NCBI GenBank assembly: GCA_044229975.1
Contig: JBGARZ010000002.1
Location: forward strand, 992,001 to 1,056,000
Length of the DNA: 64,000 bases
Direction of reading: 5' to 3'
From: Polyangiales bacterium
Lineage (GTDB): Bacteria; Myxococcota_A; Polyangia; Polyangiales; Ga0077539
Shown: positions 1-9,167 of the stretch, one piece after another
Layout: each line of letters opens with the position of its first letter
Position numbering within the stretch: position 1 is the stretch's first letter
Made by a program: the position numbers and the translations under genes
Notes under the pieces: model-generated
The model's input: only the letters and a program-made list of their open reading frames with translations
Told to the model about the DNA's origin: nothing
Databases searched by the model: none

Positions 1-987
1 GTTGACGTTGCCCGCGGAGAAGGGGTTGGGCTGCTCGGCGATGGTCGGCGAGGTCGAGTACGCCGCGGTGAGGCCCAACGCGAGGTCGGGGAAGTACGCC
101 CACCACTGGATGTCGACCGCCGCGCGCCGCGCCGCGATGCCCGCCTGTAGCATGTCCACCTCCGGGCGATGGAGCCGTGCCCGCGTGAGGTGGCGCACCA
201 ACGAACCGAGCTCGACGCGATACGGGCACAACGGCGCGTCGGGCACGTCGATGCGGTCGCCCACGCCCGTCAACAGCCCGAGGGCGGCCCGCGCGCTGCG
301 CTCGGCGCGCTCGGCCTGCGCCCGTTGAACCACCAGCTCCTGGGCGGACATCCCAAGCTGCGCGAGGTCGCCGCGGCTCACGATGCCGCCGTCCTGCGCG
401 AGCGTCGCGTCGAGCTGCTCCTGCGCCGTTCGGATGTACCCCTCGGCGCGCTGCACCAGATAGAGGGCGTCACGCGCCGACTGCAACCCGAAGAACGCCT
501 TCCGCACGTTGGCCCGCAGCTCCAACCGCGCGCGCGCCTCTTCGCCGCGCCCCGCGCGAACGCCCGCCCGCGCCGCGTCGCGAACGCGCCCGAGGCGCAC
601 CCAGCTCCACGGCGAGATGGGGACGCCCGTGTCGGCCGAGATGCGCGCGATGTAGCCCGTCTCCACGGTCAGCGGGTTTTGCGCGAACACGTCGGGCGAG
701 TACGTCGAGTTGCCGCGCGCCGTCGGAGCGAGCGACATGAAGCCCGACACGCTCACCGGGAAGAACGGCGCCGCCCAGGCCTCATCGAGCTGGGCGTCGG
801 CCGCGAGCCGCTTGTGTCGCGCGGCGACGAGCCCGGGGTACGTGCGCTCCGCTCGCGCGAGACACTCCGCGAGGTCGAGGCGCACCGTCTCCGCGGGCGG
901 GTCGGCCCGGCCCTCGCGCAGCGATGCGCTCACCCCGAGTGCGACGCCGATGACAGCGAGGAGCCAGCGCGCTCGACGTGGCCCCAT
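1..987 (-). CDS. TolC-family outer membrane efflux protein (runs off the left edge, 3' end missing)
   Basis: Not in the ORF track; translated by hand. Signal peptide MGPRRARWLLAVIGVALGVSA, then OEP-like segments 'RLDLAECLARAERTYPGLVAAR', 'LELRANVRKAFFGLQ' and 'LHRPEVDMLQAGIAARRAAV..AYFPDLAL'. Starts 9 nt after the helicase stop. Confidence 0.8.
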   Translation of the reverse strand, partial: MGPRRARWLLAVIGVALGVSASLREGRADPPAETVRLDLAECLARAERTYPGLVAARHKRLAADAQLDEAWAAPFFPVSVSGFMSLAPTARGNSTYSPDVFAQNPLTVETGYIARISADTGVPISPWSWVRLGRVRDAARAGVRAGRGEEARARLELRANVRKAFFGLQSARDALYLVQRAEGYIRTAQEQLDATLAQDGGIVSRGDLAQLGMSAQELVVQRAQAERAERSARAALGLLTGVGDRIDVPDAPLCPYRVELGSLVRHLTRARLHRPEVDMLQAGIAARRAAVDIQWWAYFPDLALGLTAAYSTSPTIAEQPNPFSAGNVN

Positions 988-996
988 CACCGCCGC

Positions 997-2763
997 TCAG
1001 TCCGCTGCGGGCTCTGCCACCGGCTCGCTCGGCACGACCCGCCGCGGCGACACCGGAACCTCGTTGTACTTGATGTCCGCGAGCTGCTCGACGAGCCCGT
1101 CGAGCTTCTCCGAGCGCACGCTCACCAGCGTCACCCGATCGCGCACATGGATGCGCCCGACCTCGGCCTTCTCCAGGCCCCCGACGTCGCGCAGCAGCCG
1201 CGCCACCTCGCCCGCGCGCACGCCTTCGCGGCGGCCCACGGCGAGCTCCAGGCTGTCCATCCCGACCTCTTCGCCGGGCGTCTCGTCGGACACCCGCGGA
1301 TCGGCGTGGCGCACCTCGATCTTGCGCTCGGACGCGGCCTCTCGCGGCGCACGCTCCCGCGGCGCGCGCTCCCGCGGCGGTCGCCCGTTGGTCTTCGGCT
1401 CGCTCGGCGCAGCCTCGGCCGGAGCCGCCTTCGTCTCCTCGCGATCGGCGCGGGCGGGCGGCGCGGCCTCGTCCGGGGCGCCCAGCACGTAGCGCTCGAC
1501 CAGCCACGCGATGGCGCGCTCGGCGTCGTCGTGCGTGAGCAGGCGCTTGGCAAACACCAGGGCGTCGTCGGACACGCGGCCCTTGGAGGCAGTGATGAGC
1601 GACTCGACGCGGGCGGCCTCGATGCGCGTACGGTTCTCCGCGGCGCTCGGGAGCGTTCGCTCGATGGGGCGGATGCCGTAGGTGAGGCGCAGCAGGTAGA
1701 GGTTGCCGATGTCGTGCGGACCGATGAGCGAGATGGCGGTGCCGGTGCGGCCCGCGCGACCCGTGCGCCCGGAGCGGTGGACGTAGTTCTCGGGCGACTC
1801 GGGGAAGCCCACGTGGATGACGTGCGAGAGGTGCGGAACGTCGATGCCGCGCGCCGCCACGTCGGTCGCCACGAGGAAGTCGACGCGCCCGTCACGGAGG
1901 AGGCCCATCACGCGCTCGCGGTCGTTTTGCGCGAGGTCGCCGTTGAGGAACTCCGCGCGCAGCCCGGCCGACTGCAAGCCCCGCGCGACCATCTCGGTCT
2001 CCGCCTTGGTGTTGCAGAACACCAGCGCAGCGCGGGGCTTCTCGATCTCCAGCACCTTGAGGAGGTCGGGCACCGATCCCCCGGAGGCGGAGAAGTACGC
2101 GTGGTGCGAGATGCCGTCGGGCGCGACGTTGTCGGTGGAGAGCGCGATGGTCACGGGCTCGCGCTGGTGACGCGCGGCCATACGCGACATGGCGTCGGGC
2201 ATGGTGGCCGAGAAGATGAGCGCCTGGCGCCCTTTGGGGAGCAGCGAGAGGATGGCGTTGAGCTCTTCGGCGAAGCCCATGGAGAGCATCTCGTCGCCCT
2301 CGTCGAGCACGATGGCCCGGAGGTTGGAGACGTCGAGGGTCTTGCGGCGGAGGTGGTCGAGCGTTCGGCCCGGGGTGCCCACGACGACCTTGGCGCCCGC
2401 CTTGAGCTGGTCGATCTGCTGCTGCATCCCGGCGCCGCCATAGATGGGGGCGACGCCGACGTCGGAGTACTTGCCGAGGCGCTCGAACTCGCCGGCCACC
2501 TGGAGCGCGAGCTCGCGGGTGGGGCACAGCACCATCACCTGCACGCCCGGCGTGGGCTTGATGACCCGATCGATGAGCGGGAGCGCGAAGGCCGCCGTCT
2601 TGCCGCTGCCGGTGCGGCTCTGGACGATGACGTCCTTGCCCTCGGCGATGGTCTGGAAGGTGGCGGCCTGCACCGACGTGGGCCGGGGGTAGCCGACGTC
2701 GGCCACCGCGCGGCGCACGGGCTCGCTCAGCGCAAACGATTCGAAAGTCTGCTCGTCACTCAT
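997..2763 (-). CDS. deaD: DEAD-box RNA helicase with C-terminal DbpA-type RNA-binding domain (DeaD/CsdA-like)
   Basis: Q motif, SRTGSGKT, CPTRELALQ, GTPGR, LDEGD (motif II variant), FSAT, ATDVAARGID and YVHRSGRTGRAG; C-terminal 'LAVGRREGVRAGEV..VGRIHVRDRVTLV'. Confidence 0.9.
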   Translation of the reverse strand: MSDEQTFESFALSEPVRRAVADVGYPRPTSVQAATFQTIAEGKDVIVQSRTGSGKTAAFALPLIDRVIKPTPGVQVMVLCPTRELALQVAGEFERLGKYSDVGVAPIYGGAGMQQQIDQLKAGAKVVVGTPGRTLDHLRRKTLDVSNLRAIVLDEGDEMLSMGFAEELNAILSLLPKGRQALIFSATMPDAMSRMAARHQREPVTIALSTDNVAPDGISHHAYFSASGGSVPDLLKVLEIEKPRAALVFCNTKAETEMVARGLQSAGLRAEFLNGDLAQNDRERVMGLLRDGRVDFLVATDVAARGIDVPHLSHVIHVGFPESPENYVHRSGRTGRAGRTGTAISLIGPHDIGNLYLLRLTYGIRPIERTLPSAAENRTRIEAARVESLITASKGRVSDDALVFAKRLLTHDDAERAIAWLVERYVLGAPDEAAPPARADREETKAAPAEAAPSEPKTNGRPPRERAPRERAPREAASERKIEVRHADPRVSDETPGEEVGMDSLELAVGRREGVRAGEVARLLRDVGGLEKAEVGRIHVRDRVTLVSVRSEKLDGLVEQLADIKYNEVPVSPRRVVPSEPVAEPAAD

Positions 2764-3206
2764 GGGGAATTTCCTGCACCGCCGAGCGCCTGCCCGGCCT
2801 CATCGCCAACGGCTTCACGCCACAACCGCACCTGATCTTCGGCGCGGTAGCGCCAGCGTTCCAGGTGCTCAAACGCCGCCCGTGGCGCGTCGCCTTCGCG
2901 CGCGCACAGACCTCTCAACCCGCGGAGATCATCATCGAGACCGCGCACCTCGGGCGTCGCCCTGCCCTCGCGCTGCCGCGCCCAGGCCGCCTCGTAGGCG
3001 CCGTGCAGGCGCTGGATGCCCTCGCGGCACGTGCGGTCGAGGGGATTGGTCGGCCGGTCGGCGTACACCTCGCGGTGCAGCACCCCCGCCCCGAACCAGA
3101 TCAACAACCCCGTGAGCACCGTCATCGTCACCGCCGTCGCGCGCCGCCCCATCGGGGAGCGCGGTATGGGAGGCTTCGTCGGGCTGTCGGGGGGGGCATC
3201 GGTCAC
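2760..3206 (-). CDS. Hypothetical single-TM membrane protein
   Basis: ORF 2760..3227; GTG at 3206 is the more plausible start. One hydrophobic helix; stop overlaps the helicase ATG. Confidence 0.6.
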   Translation of the reverse strand: MTDAPPDSPTKPPIPRSPMGRRATAVTMTVLTGLLIWFGAGVLHREVYADRPTNPLDRTCREGIQRLHGAYEAAWARQREGRATPEVRGLDDDLRGLRGLCAREGDAPRAAFEHLERWRYRAEDQVRLWREAVGDEAGQALGGAGNSP

Positions 3207-3361
3207 TGGGCACCGTCGGCACCGCAAAGGTGCCGCTCCAATGCGAGACCGCCGCGCCGCTTGCTCGAATTTCCGCGCGGTTTTACGTCGCCGCGTACGC
3301 AGGGGTCAAGGACCGCCGTCGCGCCTGGAGTTCGCGGGAGGGCTTGTCGGCAGCGGGACAC

Positions 3362-3524
3362 TGAAGGGCCGCAAGGGCGCGAGGGTCGCAAGGGGTGGTG
3401 GTTCAGCAGGCAGGGCTGGGGACGAGCGCGATGCTCGGGCGATAGGTGACCCTGACGACCGCTCGTCTCACCCACGCTCCCGAACAACACCCCCCTGCGA
3501 CCCTCGTGCCCTTGCGGCTCTTCA
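3362..3524. repeat. Long intergenic palindrome (REP/REPIN- or MITE-like)
   Basis: Arms 3362-3404 and 3482-3524 are reverse complements at 37/43 positions. An inner GACGAGCG/CGCTCGTC stem is also present. Confidence 0.85.
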
Positions 3525-6341
3525 ATCTCCCACCCCCGCCCCAGACCTCACCTCGCCCTCACCTCTCGCGGTCGCTCGCGGCGGAACGACCAGCATCGGA
3601 AGCCCTCGCTCCCCTCGTCGCACTGCCTCGATGCGCGCCCGCACCTCCGCGGCGTTGGGCGGCTCCAACGCGAGCGCCGACTCGTACGTCGTCACCGCCG
3701 CCTCGCGATCACCCAGCTCGTAGGCCGCCTGCCCAAGCGTGAGGTGCACCGCGAGGCTCTCCGGGTCGAGCGACACCGCGTGCTCACCCAGCGCACGAAC
3801 GTCCGCCCACGCGCGCGCCGTCGCCAGCGCCGTCAGGAGCTCTCCCAGCGACTCCCGATCGTGCTGATCGAGTCGCACCACCGTTCGCAGCGCCGCGAGG
3901 CGCTCGGCGTCGCGGTGCGCCCGCCCGTGCACGGCCGCGAGCAGCCGCCACGCGTCCACCTGCGTCGGGTCGCGCCGCGTCGCCTCGGTGAGCGCCGTGA
4001 GCGTCCGCGCCTCGTCGTGCGCTCTCGCCGCCGCCCGCGCCTCCAGCATCCGCACCTCGTAGCCGTCGTGGCCGTCCGCCCGGAGCGCGTCGAGCTCCAC
4101 CAGCGCCGCGCGACCGTCGCGTTGCCCCAGCGCCAGCGTCGCCCGCACCCACCGCGCGACCGCCTGCGACCCGTCGAGCCGCACCGCCGTCTCGGCCCGT
4201 TGCGCCGCGCCCGCGGCGTCGCCAGAGAGCATCAGCGCCATGGCCGCCGCCGACTGCGCGCTCGCGTCGCCGGGGTGTTCGTCTGCGGCACGCACGAGCG
4301 CCGCCCGATCGCGGTACCGCGAGGGGTCGACCGCGTACTCGTGGTCGTAGCGCGCGAGCCTCGTCCGCAGCATCGCGCGAAACGCCTCGTCCACGACGTC
4401 AGCGGAGACACCGAGCGCGCGCTGGATGACGGCGGGCGTGCGCTGACCTTCGCCCCAGAGCGGCAGCATCGCGGCGACGCGCTCGAAGCCGTAGCGCTCG
4501 ACCATGAACGCCACGAGCTGCGAGGCCGCGTAGTAGGCCGTGAGCATGTCGTCGGTGTGACCCGCGTGCGTGAACGCCGTGTTGAAGTCCGCGACGCGCG
4601 GCAACCGACCGCCCGCGATGGCGCGGTGTAGCGATGGGTCGTCTTCGCGCGCCCACTCCGGCCTCGCGTGAAAGGCCTCCCACTCGCTCAGCCCCTCGGT
4701 GAACCACCGCGGCACCCGTGACCGCGACCGTTGCACCGCGAAGACGTGGGCGAGCTCGTGCCACACGATCTGCGCCCAGTTGAAGGGCCCGCCCCGCGGG
4801 GAGAGCGCCGTCACCACGCGGCCGAAGCACACGCCCTGCACGCCGATCTCGGGCACGCCCGCGGTGCGGACGGAGAAGTGTTCGGTGTCGGCGTAGAGCT
4901 CGATGGAGATGGGCCCTTCAGGCGTGAACCCGTACCGACGAACCATGTCGTCCCACGCGCGCCGCAGGAGCTGCGGAACAAAGCGCCGCAAGATCGCCCG
5001 CTCCTCGCGGTGGTACCGGATGCGGAAGGGCCCATCGGTCTCGGTGACGTAATCGGCGGGGAGCGTTCGCTCGTAGAAGTTGAGGAGGTTGGCCACGCGC
5101 ACGTTGAAGCGGCTCTGCGCAAACGCCGCGCGCAGCTCGACGAGCGCGTCGTCCTCCCGCCCCATGCGCAATAGGTTGACCCCGAGGAAGGCCCGCATGC
5201 GCGCCCCCGCCCGACGATCGGCCGCGATGCCGGGGCGGGCGAGACCCTCGCGCATGAGCTCCGCGGCCTCGGCGTAGCGGTGCTCCCAGTCGGCGAAGTC
5301 GGCGAGCACCTCGTAGCCCTCGACCCACGTCGGCGACACCGCGAAGAGCGCGTCGAAGGCCCGTCGCAGACCCGCGGCATCGCCCGCGGAGAAGCGCGCC
5401 ACGCCCCGCATCGTGAGCACGTCGAGGTCGCGCGGGTTGATGGCTGCCGCCTCGTCGAGCCGTCGCTCGGCGCCCGCCACGTCGTCGTCGCGCAGCATCA
5501 GCGACGCCTGCATCGCCATCGCCCCCGTGAGCCGCGGGTGCACCGCGAGCGCGGCGGCGAGGTCGTCCCTCGCGCGGGCCATGTCGAGGTCGGACGAGAG
5601 ACGGGTGCGCGCCCGCAGCAGCAACGCGCGCGGGTGGCGCGGGTTGGCGCGCAGCACGGCCGCGAGCGCCTCACTGGCCGGGCCATAGTCCTCGGTGGTG
5701 AGCATGAGCTCGGCTTGTTCGAGGTTGGTCTCGACCCGCCCCGGCACCACGCGCAGCGCGTCGTTGAAGGCCCCGTTGGCGTCTCGCACCGCCCCGAGCG
5801 CCCGCGCCGCGACGCCGACCCACGTGAGGAAATCTGCGTCCCGTAGCCGCGCCGCCCCGCTGGGTGCACCGGCCGCGTCGTTGTACGCGTCGACGAGCCC
5901 GTTGGCCGCCTCCCTCGCCTCGTCGCGACGACCCAGCCGCATCAGCCACGTCGCGGCCCGTGCCCTCGCCCGCCACGCCTCGCCCCGCGGCGTCGCCTCG
6001 ATGGCCCGCTGCCACCGCGCGACCGCATCGTCGTAGCGCCCCGCCGCCGCGAGCACCTCTCCCTCCCAGGTGAGCCCCTCGCCTCGCGTCGTCGCGACCC
6101 GCTGCAACCGCGTCGCGAGCGCGGTGAGCGCCTCGTGCTGCCCTGTCTCCCAGAGCCACCGCGCGCGCACCCGATCGGCCTCGGCGCGCTCGTTGGGTCG
6201 CGCCACCCGAAGCGCAGATTCCACCGACGCGTAGTCGCCGCGATCGAGCGCCGCGCGCGCCCCGGTGAGGTCAGCGCGGGCGGCCGGTGCATAGAGCGCG
6301 AGGGCCAGCAGCGCCGCGCGCCACGCCCCGCGAACGATCAT
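3522..6341 (-). CDS. Secreted TPR-repeat protein with gluzincin (peptidase MA-like) metalloprotease domain
   Basis: Signal peptide and many TPR-like helices; HELAH zinc motif followed by 'VPRWFTEGLSE'. Confidence 0.8.
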   Translation of the reverse strand: MIVRGAWRAALLALALYAPAARADLTGARAALDRGDYASVESALRVARPNERAEADRVRARWLWETGQHEALTALATRLQRVATTRGEGLTWEGEVLAAAGRYDDAVARWQRAIEATPRGEAWRARARAATWLMRLGRRDEAREAANGLVDAYNDAAGAPSGAARLRDADFLTWVGVAARALGAVRDANGAFNDALRVVPGRVETNLEQAELMLTTEDYGPASEALAAVLRANPRHPRALLLRARTRLSSDLDMARARDDLAAALAVHPRLTGAMAMQASLMLRDDDVAGAERRLDEAAAINPRDLDVLTMRGVARFSAGDAAGLRRAFDALFAVSPTWVEGYEVLADFADWEHRYAEAAELMREGLARPGIAADRRAGARMRAFLGVNLLRMGREDDALVELRAAFAQSRFNVRVANLLNFYERTLPADYVTETDGPFRIRYHREERAILRRFVPQLLRRAWDDMVRRYGFTPEGPISIELYADTEHFSVRTAGVPEIGVQGVCFGRVVTALSPRGGPFNWAQIVWHELAHVFAVQRSRSRVPRWFTEGLSEWEAFHARPEWAREDDPSLHRAIAGGRLPRVADFNTAFTHAGHTDDMLTAYYAASQLVAFMVERYGFERVAAMLPLWGEGQRTPAVIQRALGVSADVVDEAFRAMLRTRLARYDHEYAVDPSRYRDRAALVRAADEHPGDASAQSAAAMALMLSGDAAGAAQRAETAVRLDGSQAVARWVRATLALGQRDGRAALVELDALRADGHDGYEVRMLEARAAARAHDEARTLTALTEATRRDPTQVDAWRLLAAVHGRAHRDAERLAALRTVVRLDQHDRESLGELLTALATARAWADVRALGEHAVSLDPESLAVHLTLGQAAYELGDREAAVTTYESALALEPPNAAEVRARIEAVRRGERGLPMLVVPPRATARGEGEVRSGAGVGD

Positions 6342-6922
6342 GCGCTCCCGCCCCGGCTGCTCGTGAAGGCCCCCGGATCGATGCCGGCGACCTGCTGGTA
6401 CGCGCGCTTCCAGAGTTCGTCAGGGTCGCCGTCGAAGACGAGGTCGGCGTCGATGTCGGCGGGCAGCCAGACGCCCTGCGCGATCTCGTCTTCGAGCTGC
6501 GACGGCGACCAGCCCGCGTACCCGAGCAGCAGCCGGAAGTCCCGGTCGCGCTCGCGCACCACCGAGGCCAGCGCGTCGAGGTCGCCCGTGACGCCCAGCA
6601 CGTCACCCGCGTCGATCTCTCCCGCGAAGGCGACCGCATTCCGGCGGTAGAGCAACCAGCCCGTGTGGGTCTGAACGGGCCCGCCCCGGCGAGCATCGCG
6701 CGCGAAGGGTCCGTCGTCGGGAAGGGACTCCCCGTCGCCGACGAGGTTGCTGCTCTGGAGGAGCTCACCCACGCGGCCGACGCTCTTGCCGTTGATGACC
6801 CACCCGAGAGCGCCCTTCTCGTCGTGGCGCGCGAGGAGGACGACGGTGTGATCGAAGTTGGGGTCGCCGAGCCGGGGCGCCGCCAGGAGCAGGCAGGGCG
6901 CGAGGGACCTTGGGTTGCTCAT
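6338..6922 (-). CDS. YqgE/AlgH (DUF179) family protein
   Basis: 'LLAAPRLGDPNFDHTVVLL..GALGWVIN', 'GGPV', 'LGYAGWSPSQLEDEI..W'. Confidence 0.9.
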   Translation of the reverse strand: MSNPRSLAPCLLLAAPRLGDPNFDHTVVLLARHDEKGALGWVINGKSVGRVGELLQSSNLVGDGESLPDDGPFARDARRGGPVQTHTGWLLYRRNAVAFAGEIDAGDVLGVTGDLDALASVVRERDRDFRLLLGYAGWSPSQLEDEIAQGVWLPADIDADLVFDGDPDELWKRAYQQVAGIDPGAFTSSRGGSA

Positions 6923-6952
6923 CGGGTAGCCCCGACGATAGCAGCCGAGACC

Positions 6953-8458
6953 CTACTCCGGCACGACCTCACCGCGTTCGGTCTTCTCTTCGCGGTCGAG
7001 CTCGATGACCTGGAGGAAGGGGTGCGCGACCCCGGGGTCGAACTGACTCCCGGCGCAGCGCTCGACCTCGTTGATGGCCACGTCGTGCGGGAGGGCGCGG
7101 CGGTAGCTGCGGTCGCTGGTCATGGCGTCGTAGGTGTCGGCCACGGAGATGATGCGCGCGATGACCGGGATGGCGTCACCCTTCAGCCCGAGGGGGTAGC
7201 CCTTGCCGTCCCAGCGCTCGTGGTGGAGGTGAACGCCCGGCAGCAGCGGGTGGAGAAACTTGATCGGCTCAAGGATCTCGCGGCCGAAGCCCGGGTGCTT
7301 CTTGAAGATCTCGTACTCCTCCGGGGTGAGCCTTCCCGGGCGGTTGAGGTTGAGCACGCAGCCGATCTTGCCGATGTCGTGCATCAGCGCGGCCTGCCGC
7401 ACGGTCTCCACCTGGTCGGGCGACAGCTTGAGCCGCGCGGCCAGCACCTTCGAGTAGTACGCGACGCGGTCGGAGTGTCCGGCGGTGTAGCGGTCCATCG
7501 TGTCGATGGCGCGCGCGAGCCCCTGGATGGTCTGGTTGAAGGTCGCCTTGAGGTTTTCGTAGAGCCGCGCGTTTTCGATGGCCGCCGCGGCGCGCGACCC
7601 CACCGCCGAGAGCAGCTTGCGCTGGCCCTCGTCGAAGCGCCGACCGCGCTGGAAGCCGACCGCCACGAGGAAGCCCATGATCTTGCCGCGGATGCGCAGC
7701 GGCACCGCCATGAGGGCCTGGGCGACGTGCTGATCGGAGGGATGGATGAGGAAGCGGCGGACGCGCGCGCCGGCGAGGTTGAGCACCGGCTCGTGGGCGA
7801 AGTGTTCGGAGAGCGTGGGGATGTCGCAGCCGAGCTCACCCTCGTGGCCCGTGAGGTCGGCGATGAAGCGCGGGCTCTGCTGCCGGAAGCGCTCGACGAC
7901 GCCGGTCTCCTCGTCGCCCATGTACACGAGCGCGAGGTCGGCCTGCACGTCGTCGAGGGCGGCGGCCGCCACGGTGGAGAGCACCTCGTCGAGCGAGAGC
8001 GACGCGGCGATGGCCTCGCTGACCTTGTAGAGCGACACGGCCTCGCGGAGGCGGAGGTTTTCCGCGGTGAGGCGCTTCTTCTCCAGGCCGCGCTGGATGA
8101 TGTGCACCACCTCCTCGATGCGAAACGGCTTCATCACGTAGTCGTACGCGCCGTGCCGCATGGCATCGATGGCGGTCTCCACCGTGCCGAAGCCCGTCAT
8201 GATGATGGTGACGATGCCCGGGTACGTCCGGTTGAGCTCGTTGAGCAGCTCGAGACCGCCCATGCCCGGCATCTTCAGGTCGGAGATGACGAGGTCGTAG
8301 GCGTTGCCTTCGAGCTCCTTGAGCGCGGTCTGGCCGTCGTCGGCGGTTCGTACCTCAAAGCCTTCGAGTGAGAGGAAGTCCGCGAGGATCTCCCGGATGA
8401 CTTTTTCGTCATCCACCACAAGCACTCGAGGCGCCGCGTCGAAGAAGGCGTCCTCCAT
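6953..8458 (-). CDS. REC-GAF-HD-GYP response regulator / cyclic-dinucleotide phosphodiesterase
   Basis: Receiver motifs VDDE, SDLKMPG, MTG and KPF; central GAF ('AAIENARLY'); HSDRVA, HDIGK and HHERWDGKGYP. Confidence 0.92.
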   Translation of the reverse strand: MEDAFFDAAPRVLVVDDEKVIREILADFLSLEGFEVRTADDGQTALKELEGNAYDLVISDLKMPGMGGLELLNELNRTYPGIVTIIMTGFGTVETAIDAMRHGAYDYVMKPFRIEEVVHIIQRGLEKKRLTAENLRLREAVSLYKVSEAIAASLSLDEVLSTVAAAALDDVQADLALVYMGDEETGVVERFRQQSPRFIADLTGHEGELGCDIPTLSEHFAHEPVLNLAGARVRRFLIHPSDQHVAQALMAVPLRIRGKIMGFLVAVGFQRGRRFDEGQRKLLSAVGSRAAAAIENARLYENLKATFNQTIQGLARAIDTMDRYTAGHSDRVAYYSKVLAARLKLSPDQVETVRQAALMHDIGKIGCVLNLNRPGRLTPEEYEIFKKHPGFGREILEPIKFLHPLLPGVHLHHERWDGKGYPLGLKGDAIPVIARIISVADTYDAMTSDRSYRRALPHDVAINEVERCAGSQFDPGVAHPFLQVIELDREEKTERGEVVPE

Positions 8459-8561
8459 CGCGACGAGAGACTGAAGGTTGCCGCCCGCCCCGTCAATCGT
8501 CTCCGCGCCTCGTCGGGTTGCACCCCGCCGTGCTCAGGTGCTAGCGCCGCTCTCGCACTCC

Positions 8562-9167
8562 ATGGCGACCGCCCGCACCACCGCCGCGCTCATGGTCTAC
8601 GCGGGGTTTTCGCTCGCCGCGATCACGTGGCGCCACGCCGTCGGCGGCAGCGCGCTGCACGACGGAGCCCCCCTCGGCGGAACCCACGCCATCGCCCTCC
8701 CCCTCGCCCTCTCCTTCGGCGCCTTGAGCGGCGTCGCGGTGGTGGGCGTCACACGGCAGCTCGTCGCCCGCGCCCGCTGGGCCTCCGCGCTCGAGTCCGC
8801 CCTGCGCGACGGCCTCGCGGGAGCACCCGCGAGCGAGCTGCGCGCCCTCTGCCTCGCCGCCGCCGTCGGCGAAGAACTCCTCTTCCGCGGCGCCCTCCTC
8901 CCGTCGCTCACGGCGTGGAGCAGCTTCCCCGTCGCGGCCCTCGTGACCTCCGTCGTCTTCGGGCTCCTGCACGTGCCGGCCAACCGCGCGCTGCGGTCGT
9001 GGACGGCCAGCGCCGTGGTGATGGGCCTCGTCTTCGCGTTGCTCTACCGGCTCACCGGCGAGGTGCTCGCGCCCCTCACCGCGCACGCCGTCGTCAACCT
9101 GGAGAACCTCGACCAGCTCCTGCGCCCGGCGCCTGACCCAGCCGCTCGGCCGGGCCCTCGTCCGTAG
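8562..9167 (+). CDS. CPBP (CAAX/Abi) intramembrane glutamic protease
   Basis: 'GEELLFRG', 'FGLLH' and 'AHAVVN' motifs with several TM helices; ATG 8562 chosen within ORF 8478..9167. Confidence 0.85.
   Translation: MATARTTAALMVYAGFSLAAITWRHAVGGSALHDGAPLGGTHAIALPLALSFGALSGVAVVGVTRQLVARARWASALESALRDGLAGAPASELRALCLAAAVGEELLFRGALLPSLTAWSSFPVAALVTSVVFGLLHVPANRALRSWTASAVVMGLVFALLYRLTGEVLAPLTAHAVVNLENLDQLLRPAPDPAARPGPRP

Noticed and set aside
2289..2310. DEGD instead of DEAD in the helicase as a sign of inactivation
   Set aside because: The third position of motif II is variable and all other motifs are intact.
169..2835. 888-aa plus-strand ORF, and similar long ORFs such as 6287..8371, 9259..11916, 18829..21441, 21610..24294 and 39839..41719
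   Set aside because: These are antisense or off-frame shadows of motif-bearing genes, expected in high-GC DNA. They are Arg/Ala/Gly-rich and show no motifs.
9094..9167. 74-nt convergent overlap of the CPBP and TonB genes as antisense regulation
   Set aside because: Both tails are low-complexity, and such overlaps are common in GC-rich genomes.
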